64,000 bases of DNA from Candidatus Latescibacterota bacterium (GTDB lineage Bacteria; Latescibacterota; UBA2968): NCBI GenBank assembly GCA_965204375.1, contig OZ241986.1:4864001-4928000 (forward strand), written 5' to 3'. This document shows, piece after piece, positions 38,707-47,852 of this stretch (position 1 is its first letter; each line of letters begins with the position of its first letter). The position numbers and the translations under genes are program-made. The notes beneath the pieces were generated by a model, which saw only the letters and a program-made list of their open reading frames with translations, was not told the origin of the DNA and made no database searches.

Positions 38707-39621
38707 ATGAACTTCCCTACCCTCACACACGCCCAGCGCATTGACAGATTAGCACCGCCATCTGGAAAAGTGCGCGTGGTGCTCGACACGGATACATATA
38801 ACGAAGTTGATGACCAATTCGCCGTGGCGCACGCGCTCTTATCCCCCGAAAAAATCTCAGTCGAAGCCATCTATGCCGCGCCCTTTCACAACCAGCGCGC
38901 CAGCGGACCGGGCGACGGCATGGAACGAAGCTACGACGAAATCATCCGTCTCCTCAACCGCCTCAACATCCCCAACGACAACCTCGTATTTCGCGGCTCC
39001 ACAAACTATCTCACAGCACCAGACACACCGCAAGACAACGACGCCGTGCGCGACCTCATCGACAAAGCTCTGGCATCTGATGACCCGCTCTATGTCACAG
39101 CCATCGGCGCCATCACCAACGTAGCCTCCGCCATCCTCCTCGAACCCGAAATCATCAAACGCATCGTCGTCGTCTGGCTCGGTGGGCACGAACACAGTTG
39201 GGCTAACACCCTCGAATTTAACCTGCGACAAGACGTCTTCGCCGCGCGCATCATCTTCGACAGCGGCGTACCCTTCGTCCAGATCCCCTGCCGCAATGTC
39301 GCCTCTCACCTCCTCACCACACTGCCCGAACTCGAAACCCATGTCGCGGGCAAAAGTGCCATAGGCGACTTCCTCACCGAAACCGTTCGCGGCTATCACA
39401 AAGACCACTATGCCTGGGCAAAAGAAATCTGGGACCTCTCGGCCACCGCTTATCTCGTCAACCCGAACTGGGTCACAACCCAACTGGTACACAGCCCCAT
39501 ACTCACCGATCAAATAACCTGGAGCTATGATCCCAGTCGGCATTTTATGCGCGTAGCCACGCAACTCAACCGCAACGCCATCTTCGCCGATGTATTCAAA
39601 AAATTGGAAAAAGCCGATTAG
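38707..39621 (+). CDS. Nucleoside hydrolase (IU-NH family)
   Basis: LDTDTYNEVDDQFA, AIGAITNVA, WLGG, EFNL.QD, IWDL. Confidence 0.9.
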   Translation: MNFPTLTHAQRIDRLAPPSGKVRVVLDTDTYNEVDDQFAVAHALLSPEKISVEAIYAAPFHNQRASGPGDGMERSYDEIIRLLNRLNIPNDNLVFRGSTNYLTAPDTPQDNDAVRDLIDKALASDDPLYVTAIGAITNVASAILLEPEIIKRIVVVWLGGHEHSWANTLEFNLRQDVFAARIIFDSGVPFVQIPCRNVASHLLTTLPELETHVAGKSAIGDFLTETVRGYHKDHYAWAKEIWDLSATAYLVNPNWVTTQLVHSPILTDQITWSYDPSRHFMRVATQLNRNAIFADVFKKLEKAD

Positions 39622-39655
39622 ACAGTCACACACAACCCAACACAAGGAGTTTTAC

Positions 39656-40405
39656 ATGAGTGCAGCACTGGATTACGGAGTCCAAAGTTTTTGCTTTCGC
39701 TACTTCAAAGACAACGCCGACGTCGCCCAAAAAGTAAAAGACATCGGCCTCGACAAAATCGAAGTCTGTCAGGCCCACGCCGACTTCAAAAATCCCGACG
39801 CCTGGAAAGACATCGTCAAAACCTACAACGACGCGGGGGTATCCGTCATCTCCATCGGCGTGCAAACCTTCACGGGTGACCCCGCTGAAAAATCTTATTT
39901 TGAATGCGCCGCCATTGCCGGCGCCAAACACATCTCCTGCCATTTCCAGCTCGAATCCTATCCCAAAGCCATCACACAGGTACGCGCCTGGAGCCGGGCA
40001 TACGGCATACGCGTGGGCATTCACTGTCACGGCGGATATCACTTTGGAGGTCAACCCGGCGTCCTCAAACACCTCATCGGCCTCGGCGCGCCCGAAATAG
40101 GCCTGTGCATCGACACAGCCTGGGCCTTGCAAATTGGTCCCCGTCAGGGCAACCCCGTCAAATGGACAGAAGACTTCGCTGGACAAATCTACGGCATCCA
40201 CTATAAAGACTTTGTCTTTGACCCCAACGGACAATGGCACGACACCGTCGTCGGAGAAGGCACGCTCGACCTCCCGGCCTTTGTCGCGGGCCTCGAAAAA
40301 AGCGGCTTTGACGGTATGGCCGTCATCGAATACGAAGCCGACGTCGAAAACCCTGTACCCGCTTTAACCCGATGTGTCGAAACCATGCGCGCATTGGCCG
40401 GGTAA
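39656..40405 (+). CDS. Sugar phosphate isomerase/epimerase (TIM barrel)
   Basis: GIHCHG, CIDTAW, IHYKD, GEGTLD, IEYE. AAGGAG RBS. Confidence 0.85.
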   Translation: MSAALDYGVQSFCFRYFKDNADVAQKVKDIGLDKIEVCQAHADFKNPDAWKDIVKTYNDAGVSVISIGVQTFTGDPAEKSYFECAAIAGAKHISCHFQLESYPKAITQVRAWSRAYGIRVGIHCHGGYHFGGQPGVLKHLIGLGAPEIGLCIDTAWALQIGPRQGNPVKWTEDFAGQIYGIHYKDFVFDPNGQWHDTVVGEGTLDLPAFVAGLEKSGFDGMAVIEYEADVENPVPALTRCVETMRALAG

Positions 40406-40423
40406 TCGCGTCAATCTATCAAC

Positions 40424-40457
40424 AAAAAAGAGCGAGTCCTTTTCGACTCGCTCTTTT
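40424..40457. terminator. Bidirectional rho-independent terminator
   Basis: AAAAGAGCGAGTC / GACTCGCTCTTTT 13-bp stem between convergent genes, with A/T tails on both sides. Confidence 0.85.
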
Positions 40458-40486
40458 CATTACAGCGTCTTCATCAAGACAGACAC

Positions 40487-42034
40487 TCATTTTGAGCTGA
40501 TCACGTCTTTTCTTTCCCATTCCTCACTCTTAAACGGCTCCATTATCTCACCGGGTATTTCTATCTTCTCCACCGCGGGCTTCAATGCGCCAACAAGCAC
40601 AATAACCCCTCTATCCTCAAGAGCTGGAATATGCGTTCTGTACGACATGGCGCTCAACGGATTACGCTCCACATCAACCAAATCTCCAGTACCCAATCCC
40701 GTATTTGCCACAAGAGGCGAAAGATCTGAGATACTGTTGATAAAAAGAATCAGCCTATTCAGACGGGTCAATCTCGATAGGGGGGTGATATCCGTGATCC
40801 GGTTGCGATCAAGAGTCAGATCTGTCAGATTGGTCAAGCCCGATAGAGGTGTGAGGTTCGAGATACTGTTGATGGAAAGATACAATGTTGTCAGATTGGC
40901 CAAACTCGATAAGGGCGTGACGTTCGAGATCCTGTTGTCGGAAAGAGACAGCAATCTCAGACTGGTCAAACTCGATAGAGGCGTGAGGTCCGAGATACTG
41001 TTGGTAAAAAGAATCAGCCTATTCAAACGGGTCAGGCTCGATAGGGGCGTGATATCCGTGATGTCGTTGATGGAAAGATACAATGTTGTCAGATTGGCCA
41101 AACTCGATAGGGGCGTGAGGTCCGAGATGATGTTGCTGGAAAGAGACAGCGATCTCAGACTGGTCAAATCCGATAGAGGCGTGAGGTCCGAGATGATGTT
41201 GCTGGAAAGAGACAGACTTGTCAGATTGGTCAAGCCCGATAGAGGTGTGACGTCCATGATACCGTTACCGAAAAGAGTCAGATGCCTCAGGTTGATCAAG
41301 CCCGATAGAGGCGAAAGATCCGAGATGCTGTTGCCGGAAAGAGTCAGACTTGTCAGGCTGGCCAAACCCGATAGGGGCGTGACGTCCGTGATGCTGTTGC
41401 CGGAAAGATTCAGCCTTTCCAGACTGGTCAAACCCGATAGGGGGGTGATATCCGAAATGTCGTTGTCGTCAAGATACAGATAAGTCAGGTCGGTCAAACC
41501 CGATAGGGGCGTAAGATCCGAGATGCTGTTGCTGTTGACAGATTGCCCTTCTACTCTCTCATCACCAAAATCTAGAAATGTCAAACGGGGGGCAAACTCA
41601 AGCCCGGTCAAATCCCTGATATTCGCATTCCGTGCCTCAATACGCATCAAGCGCACCATCTTACTTCTGGCAATCGGCTCACCGCTCGACTGGCCGAGAA
41701 TATCCTCGACAATAGCACGCAAATTCGCATCTGGAATGACAATTAGTGCCGCCTCATCGCCGCTCTTGTCAAAATTGCTGCTAAAAATCAGAAAATCGGA
41801 AAATCCAATTTCGCCATCCCTATTCAGATCGTATCTGGCATCATAACGCCCATCCCCCTGACGTGAACCAAACTGACTTACAAACGCCAAAAAGTCAGGG
41901 AAATCAACCTGACCATCCCCATCAAAGTCCGGGGTAAGAGCTTGATCGCCCACCGTACTATTCTGCGCCGAAAGAGACAGCGGATACATCAAAAGCGCGA
42001 ATGTTGATAGAATGAACAAAATCTGTTTACGCAT
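40487..42034 (-). CDS. Secreted internalin-like LRR protein with paired EF-hand/dockerin-like motifs
   Basis: Signal peptide. DFDGDGQVDFPDF and DLNRDGEIGFSDF. IPDANLR cap. About 13 22-aa LRRs (NxISDLTPLSGLTNLxxLxL). C-cap LVANTGL...NPLS. Confidence 0.9.
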   Translation of the reverse strand: MRKQILFILSTFALLMYPLSLSAQNSTVGDQALTPDFDGDGQVDFPDFLAFVSQFGSRQGDGRYDARYDLNRDGEIGFSDFLIFSSNFDKSGDEAALIVIPDANLRAIVEDILGQSSGEPIARSKMVRLMRIEARNANIRDLTGLEFAPRLTFLDFGDERVEGQSVNSNSISDLTPLSGLTDLTYLYLDDNDISDITPLSGLTSLERLNLSGNSITDVTPLSGLASLTSLTLSGNSISDLSPLSGLINLRHLTLFGNGIMDVTPLSGLTNLTSLSLSSNIISDLTPLSDLTSLRSLSLSSNIISDLTPLSSLANLTTLYLSINDITDITPLSSLTRLNRLILFTNSISDLTPLSSLTSLRLLSLSDNRISNVTPLSSLANLTTLYLSINSISNLTPLSGLTNLTDLTLDRNRITDITPLSRLTRLNRLILFINSISDLSPLVANTGLGTGDLVDVERNPLSAMSYRTHIPALEDRGVIVLVGALKPAVEKIEIPGEIMEPFKSEEWERKDVISSK

Positions 42035-44310
42035 CAGTTTTTCCTTTCTTCAATCTCCAACGATTCCATTATCTCACGGAAAATGTCTTGTTCTATCTTC
42101 TCCACCGCGGGCTTCGACGCGCCAAAACGCAACTCAATCCCTCTGTCCTGAAGGATTGGAATGTGCGCATTGATTGATGTCGCACTCAACGGATTATTCC
42201 GTACATCAACCCGATCTCCACTGTCCAATCCCGTATTTGCGACCAGGGGCGAAAGATCCGAGATGTTGTTACTGGAAAGAGATAGCGACCTTAGATTGGT
42301 CAAGCCGGACAGGACAGATATATCCGAAATGTTGTTTCTAAAAAGACTCAGCGATACCAGGTTGTTCAAGCCGGATAGTGCAGATATATCCGAGATGCTG
42401 TTGGTGCTAAGAAACAGCGACCTTAGATTGGTCAAGCCGGACAGTGCAGATATATCCGAAATGTTGTTGCCGGAAAGCAACAGCGACCTCAGCCTGGTCA
42501 AGCCGGACAGGACAGATATATCCGAGATGCTGTTGCGGTAAAGATCCAGCCGTGCCAGATTGGTCAAGCCGGACAGGGAGGATACATCCGAGATGCTGTT
42601 GGTGTCAAGATCCAGCCATTCCAGATTGGCCAAGCCCGACAGGGGCGAGGGATCCGAGATACTGTTCTTGTCAAGATCCAGCCGTGCCAGATTGGTCAAA
42701 CCGGATAGGGGCGTGAGGTCCGAGATACTGTTCTTGTCAAGATACAGCCGTTCCAGGTTGGTCAAGTCTGATAGAGTACCAGAGAGTGCAGAAAGGTCTG
42801 AGATTGAGTTGCCGCCAAGATCCAGCGTTCTCAGGTTGGTCAAGCCCGATAGAGGCGAGAAATCGGAAATATGGTTACTATTAACATAACCCACACCAGA
42901 CACGAATTCTGTGCCGAGGTCCAAACTCGTCAGACTGGTTGCCAACTCAAGCCCGGTCAAGTCCCTGATGTTCGAGTTCGGAACTTCAAGTTCTGGGAAG
43001 AATGCCATCTCAAAATCGGTGATCGGATCATCTGATGCCTTGCCCATAGCGATCTTAATCGCCGCACGCAAGTTGGCATCCGGGATATTTGCTTCTGATA
43101 GGTTGAACAGACGCGACAGTATTGACCTGTCCCTGATCATAGTATCGTTGTAAAGAATCAGCACTGCCAGATTGGTTAAGCCCGACAATGGCGAGATGTC
43201 CGAGATAATGTTATGGGAAAGGTTCAGCGATGTCAGATTGGTTAAGCCCGACAATGGCGAGATATCCGGGAATAAATTGCCGGAAAGGATCAGCACTGTC
43301 AGGTTGGTCAAGCCTGATAGAGGTGTGAGGTCCGAGATGATATTATCGGAAAGGATCAGCGATGTCAGGCTGGTCAAGCCCGACAATGGTGTAAGGTCTG
43401 AGATGATATTATTGGAAAGGTTCAGTGATATCAGACCCGTTGCAAATTCGAGTCCGGTTAAATCGCGAATATCCGAATCCTGTGCCTCAAGGCGTATCAA
43501 ACTCGCCATCTCTGCTCTGCTGATTGACGCACCACTCGCCTTGCGCAGTGCAGTCTCGATTGCTGCGCGCAGGTCCGCATCTGGAATGGTAACCGGCGTT
43601 TCCGGTCCACCGCCACCATTGTTAGACGTAGATACCTCTTTGCCAAAGCTACTGCTAAAGAGCAGAAAATCGCCAAAGCCAATCGCGCCATCGCTGTCCA
43701 GATCGTACTTCGCTTCATATCTCCCATCGTCTTGACGCGCCCCAAACTGACCCGCAAACGCCAAAAAGTCCGAAAAGCCAACCTGACCATCTCCATCAAA
43801 GTCTGAGGTAAGGTCTTGTAAATTTAATTCAACACGCACATCCATAGTTGTGCTTTCAAATTGTCCACCCCGACTGAGTTCTGCACGCACCAACCGAATC
43901 GCCGTGCCCGAAAATGCAGCCGTTGTGCGAAAGCGAACTGTACCCACCAGACCGCTATTGGCAGTTGCACGACCGCCCAGAGATGCAATGCCAATTTCGA
44001 CAAAACCTGTACCTTGCTCTGGAAGTGCCTGCGCATTGGGCAACACATCGCCCACATCAAAACCCTCATACACAACCTGACTGGCGTCGTATTCAAAACG
44101 CGCAGCAAGGCCATTCGCATTCTGAATACCTGTGCCGAAGATCTGAATAGCGACAACCTGATCAACGGACACATTGAGGGACGTAACTGATTGATCGCCC
44201 GCGGTATCATTTACATCCAGCGATAGGGAAAAGGTATTTTGTGCCGAAAGAGACAGGGGGGACATCAGAAGCGCGAGTGTTGATAAAGTTGACAGAACTA
44301 TATTCCGCAT
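42034..44310 (-). CDS. Secreted LRR protein with cohesin-like beta-sandwich, dockerin-like EF-hand pair and two LRR blocks
   Basis: Signal peptide. ARFEYDASQVVYEGF...GLVGTVRFRT (cohesin-like). DFDGDGQVGFSDF and DLDSDGAIGFGDF. Two IPDAxLRAAI caps. 22-aa LRRs. TGATG coupling to the next gene. Confidence 0.88.
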   Translation of the reverse strand: MRNIVLSTLSTLALLMSPLSLSAQNTFSLSLDVNDTAGDQSVTSLNVSVDQVVAIQIFGTGIQNANGLAARFEYDASQVVYEGFDVGDVLPNAQALPEQGTGFVEIGIASLGGRATANSGLVGTVRFRTTAAFSGTAIRLVRAELSRGGQFESTTMDVRVELNLQDLTSDFDGDGQVGFSDFLAFAGQFGARQDDGRYEAKYDLDSDGAIGFGDFLLFSSSFGKEVSTSNNGGGGPETPVTIPDADLRAAIETALRKASGASISRAEMASLIRLEAQDSDIRDLTGLEFATGLISLNLSNNIISDLTPLSGLTSLTSLILSDNIISDLTPLSGLTNLTVLILSGNLFPDISPLSGLTNLTSLNLSHNIISDISPLSGLTNLAVLILYNDTMIRDRSILSRLFNLSEANIPDANLRAAIKIAMGKASDDPITDFEMAFFPELEVPNSNIRDLTGLELATSLTSLDLGTEFVSGVGYVNSNHISDFSPLSGLTNLRTLDLGGNSISDLSALSGTLSDLTNLERLYLDKNSISDLTPLSGLTNLARLDLDKNSISDPSPLSGLANLEWLDLDTNSISDVSSLSGLTNLARLDLYRNSISDISVLSGLTRLRSLLLSGNNISDISALSGLTNLRSLFLSTNSISDISALSGLNNLVSLSLFRNNISDISVLSGLTNLRSLSLSSNNISDLSPLVANTGLDSGDRVDVRNNPLSATSINAHIPILQDRGIELRFGASKPAVEKIEQDIFREIMESLEIEERKN

Positions 44311-44350
44311 CGGGTTCTCCCTGAGTTACAAATTTTAAAGCTGACCGCCT

Positions 44351-45043
44351 TTAATTATTAATCGCCTGTCGCGCCGCTTCCAGGAACGTTTCGTAATTCT
44401 GAGCACTACGTAATACGCGGACAATTACACCTCTGGCGTCCAGGAACAGCGAAGAGGGATAGCTTGTAACCTCATACGCATTGCGCGCTTCTCCCGTCGA
44501 GTCGAGAACAAAGGTCCAGGTGTAGCCATATCTCGTCACAAAACGCAGCTCCTGGATGCGCGTGTCTCTTACGCCAATGCCGACAATATGGATAGAGTCA
44601 CCCATGGTATTTTGCAACTTTTGTATGGCGGGCATTTCGGCAACACAGGGAGGACACCAGGTTCCCCAGAAGTTGAGGAACACGGGTTTGCCGCGTTGTT
44701 CATAGAGATTGAACGATTCGCCAGTGAGGGTTCTCAGCGTAAAGTCGGGCGCTTGCATTCCAACTTGAATGCCAACGGGAGCGTCGGTGGTTGGCGGAGG
44801 GGTTGTTGGGGTGACTGTCTGCCCGTAGAATTGGGCAAATACGACAAAGTCCCGAAAATTGACTGCGCCATCCCCATTCAAGTCAAACTGAGTCTGGGTT
44901 GTCCCATACCCCTGTGAAAATGCGATAAAATCGGCAAAATCCACTTTGCCGCTGTTATTGAAATCGCAATCTGCTGCGGTTGGCGCTGCGTGTACATAGG
45001 CAGGCAGGAGCAGGAAAATCAATATCATGACATACTTAAACAT
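44351..45043 (-). CDS. TlpA/ResA-like thioredoxin with N-terminal dockerin-like EF-hand pair
   Basis: Signal peptide. DFNNSGKVDFADF and DLNGDGAVNFRDF. PT linker. APDFTL...NFWGTWCPPCVAEMP...YP. GGAGG RBS before 45043. Confidence 0.88.
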   Translation of the reverse strand: MFKYVMILIFLLLPAYVHAAPTAADCDFNNSGKVDFADFIAFSQGYGTTQTQFDLNGDGAVNFRDFVVFAQFYGQTVTPTTPPPTTDAPVGIQVGMQAPDFTLRTLTGESFNLYEQRGKPVFLNFWGTWCPPCVAEMPAIQKLQNTMGDSIHIVGIGVRDTRIQELRFVTRYGYTWTFVLDSTGEARNAYEVTSYPSSLFLDARGVIVRVLRSAQNYETFLEAARQAINN

Positions 45044-45105
45044 GAGCATACCTCCAGAAACGCGAGCATATTCATTGATCATTTGTCATACAAGTAATGC
45101 TGTTA

Positions 45106-45188
45106 TGCGAAATAATTAGCATATAAATTTCAAAAAAAATAGCCAATTAAAAACTCGTTGTCAAGGATAGAGTGCGAAATAATTAGCA
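45106..45188. repeat. Two exact copies of the 16-bp quasi-palindrome TGCGAAATAATTAGCA
   Basis: Copies at 45106-45121 and 45173-45188, upstream of the thioredoxin-LRR operon. Confidence 0.8.
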
Positions 45189-45257
45189 GTACTTTCGATA
45201 CCCACAATCGGACCACCCACAAACACTTCTTCTCCCAGCGGATACCCACACCAGGCA

Positions 45258-45372
45258 TCTAACTGTTCCATCACGCCACAGAGTATGTCTTAGTCTTACT
45301 CCTCCACTGCGGGCTTCGACGCACCAAAGTTCACATCAACCCCTCTATCCTGAAGGAAATATGCGTTCTGTG
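45258..45372 (-). pseudogene. Decayed C-terminal fragment of a third LRR paralogue
   Basis: HRTHI, frameshift, then LQDRGVDVNFGASKPAVEE*D*DILCGVMEQLD. Aligns with ILQDRGIELRFGASKPAVEKIEQDIFREIMESLE of 42034-44310. Confidence 0.8.
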
Positions 45373-45375
45373 TGA

Positions 45376-47616
45376 TTACGATAAGTTCTCCACCGCCTCA
45401 ACAAGAGCCTCTGTAGTAATCCCAAAATGTGCCCAGGTCGCTTCGAGGCCTTCTGACGGTGCAATCCTCGGATCTGTAATCCCCACATGCGCGTGGGCAA
45501 TGCTACACGACGAACCCACCAGACCCGCAAACCCGCGCAAACCCGTCTCAGGCGTCCCAATTTTTCCATCTTCAATCGTCACCACGCCCTCGTAATTCTC
45601 CAGCACCTCATTCAGCGCCCCATCGGGCAGCGGCAATCCATTGACCACATATACATCTGTCGGCTTGCCCTGCGCGAGCAAAACCTCGGCAGCTTCCGCA
45701 CCCAAAAAAGCCGGCGCGCCAAAAGCCAGAATCGCGTGCCTTGCCCCATCGTATTTGCGGAAAGTCGTAATCGGCTCCCATGCCTCTCCCGGATTCCACA
45801 GAGAACCCGACCCATCCTGCTTTTGCAAAACCGGCAAACCCGAATCGCGCGGCACCCCAATAATATGCCCGCCGTAATGCGCCGCCATATCCTTCACCGC
45901 CAAAAACGCCACACGCGCATCTGCCGGTGCGTAAAACCGGTGCAAATAGGGCAAATACGTCAGCCCCACGTTAATCCAGTCAAGTCCCCAACCCGAAAAA
46001 TGATCGCGCCCCGTACACGCACCCACATGAGACAGATGAAACACCACATTAATCCCCTCATTCACCCCATTCAAATTGCGCTGATACTGCCACATATCAA
46101 ACCCCTCGCGCGCAATCCCCTCAAAAAACGCGGCAAAAGTCGAAACCACATTGAGCTGTGGCTCGTGCGAACTCATCGCCAGACCATTGGCAATAAGCGT
46201 TGCCGCTTGCTCTTCAATACTCATCTCAAACTGGTGATCATCTGACAAATGTGCCCGAGCAGCCGCCAATTTTGTCGAAGGATCCAAATCGCAACTCACC
46301 ACAAACACGCGATCCGGATGCGCCTCTGCCACCAGAGCATAAGCCGCGGCCGCACCATCGCGCGGACTCGCCTGCTCAGTCGGCAACTCAGCCGTCGCTG
46401 CTTTCCCCGCCGGAATCTCCAAATTCGCACTACCGGGTGCTGGCCTCGCCCTTGTAACAACCGTGCGCGACCCATTCTGCCGAAGCGTTGCAAGCGCCCC
46501 TGCTTGATCAGCCGTCGCCTCAAACATCGCCCCACCGAGCACCTCTGCCTCAACGCGCCCCTGCATACTCCCATCGTGATGATTCTCTCCACCCGGCAAA
46601 TCATTCACCAAAAACAAACACTCTATCATCGGCACTGTATCGCGAAAACTCATCAGCGACCCCGGAATCCACACCTGCTTATCCATCGGCACATCGTGTT
46701 GCGCGGCAAATGCCTCCACCGCCTCGGTTACCCCATAGCGCTCGCCAAAAGTCCTCAGCGTCACATCGTCCCCGGAAAACCCCGTGGGATAAATCAGACT
46801 CGGCTTACCCTCCTGCACGAGACTGTACCCCTCTCGATAAGCCTGATAAAGCGCGGCATTATCGTGAAGCGACGCAACCTCTATCACCTCCACGCCCATC
46901 GCAGAAATAGCACTTCGCGGATCCACATCCATAATACTCGCCGTACTGCCCGACAACTGAATGCCATTGCGGTGCATCACATAAGTAATCGGCGCACCGT
47001 GTACACTCGCCCCATTAAACCCATTGAGACCCTGTCCCGAAATCCACCCCGCATCCCCACAATGGGCAATCACCCATGCATCGTCACACAATGCCTTCTT
47101 GCCCAACGCCAGCCCCACAGCCACCGGAATCATCACCCCCAAACGCCCACCATTGAGCTGTGTTCCCCCCGGCAACCAGGCCACGTGCCCGGGAAAATCC
47201 AGCCCGCGCCGAAACCGCTCGACAACGCCCTCTGCCTCCACAAAACCAAACGCCGCCAACGCCGAATAATACCCGACACTCGTATGCGCGTGCTCAATTG
47301 TATAAGTACGCGTATCGTAATCCGCCACAGATAGCGTCATCAACAACCCAGGGATCAATTCCAATCCCCCGCCCAGATGGTCCAATTCTCCAATCTCTGC
47401 CAACGACGTCAGCGCCCGAATCGCCGTGCGCGCGCTCTCAATCTGCAACGCCGTCAACGCCCGGTCTTCCGCTTCGCCAAGCGTCTCGGTCGTCGCAATA
47501 TCAATATGCAACCCCAGAACATCGGACGCGATCTCATCCCCGAGAAATTGCGTATCCTTCAACAGCGCATCATTGCGCTCCCCTTGCCTTTCTGCCAACG
47601 CCTTCATATTCGACAT
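45376..47616 (-). CDS. Divergent transketolase-like ThDP-dependent enzyme (single chain)
   Basis: DHLGGGL, EHAH, GHV..LPG....GGRLG, GDAG...RNG ThDP motif, DLDPST, SIEEQ, STFAAF, GRDH, APAD, VTIED. Confidence 0.8.
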   Translation of the reverse strand: MSNMKALAERQGERNDALLKDTQFLGDEIASDVLGLHIDIATTETLGEAEDRALTALQIESARTAIRALTSLAEIGELDHLGGGLELIPGLLMTLSVADYDTRTYTIEHAHTSVGYYSALAAFGFVEAEGVVERFRRGLDFPGHVAWLPGGTQLNGGRLGVMIPVAVGLALGKKALCDDAWVIAHCGDAGWISGQGLNGFNGASVHGAPITYVMHRNGIQLSGSTASIMDVDPRSAISAMGVEVIEVASLHDNAALYQAYREGYSLVQEGKPSLIYPTGFSGDDVTLRTFGERYGVTEAVEAFAAQHDVPMDKQVWIPGSLMSFRDTVPMIECLFLVNDLPGGENHHDGSMQGRVEAEVLGGAMFEATADQAGALATLRQNGSRTVVTRARPAPGSANLEIPAGKAATAELPTEQASPRDGAAAAYALVAEAHPDRVFVVSCDLDPSTKLAAARAHLSDDHQFEMSIEEQAATLIANGLAMSSHEPQLNVVSTFAAFFEGIAREGFDMWQYQRNLNGVNEGINVVFHLSHVGACTGRDHFSGWGLDWINVGLTYLPYLHRFYAPADARVAFLAVKDMAAHYGGHIIGVPRDSGLPVLQKQDGSGSLWNPGEAWEPITTFRKYDGARHAILAFGAPAFLGAEAAEVLLAQGKPTDVYVVNGLPLPDGALNEVLENYEGVVTIEDGKIGTPETGLRGFAGLVGSSCSIAHAHVGITDPRIAPSEGLEATWAHFGITTEALVEAVENLS

Positions 47617-47790
47617 AATCTCTCCCCAGCCAGTGATAAACAGATCGTCATACGGTAACAATTCTAAAATAAACGTTCACCCCACAACAATCCAGAAAAA
47701 TCCCATACACAAAATTCTGGCATCCATGCCCTGTCTATATTATGTTTCAGATCAGGATTAACAGGATTCCCCACCCCGCCACCGATGGGT

Positions 47791-47818
47791 GCGGGCGACC
47801 ACGGGGAGTTGCCCCTAC
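47791..47818 (-). repeat. GTAG-type REP element
   Basis: Minus strand GTAGGGGCAACTCCCCGTGGTCGCCCGC: a GTAG tetranucleotide followed by an imperfect GC hairpin. Confidence 0.7.
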
Positions 47819-47852
47819 GGAAAATCACACTTTCTTTTTAAGGAGTCCAAAA

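Noticed and set aside
40374-41483. 369-aa repetitive plus-strand ORF (also 42161-43735 pieces)
   Set aside because: Antisense shadow of the LRR genes. Its periodicity simply mirrors the 66-bp repeats.
40700-43440. Regular ~66-bp periodic repeats resembling a CRISPR array
   Set aside because: The repeats are degenerate, in frame and protein-coding (22-aa LRR). There are no unique spacers, leader or cas genes.
40487-45372. Diversity-generating retroelement explanation for LRR variation and the C-terminal LRR fragment
   Set aside because: No reverse transcriptase in the window. Differences are not adenine-specific, and the fragment has stops and a frameshift consistent with decay.
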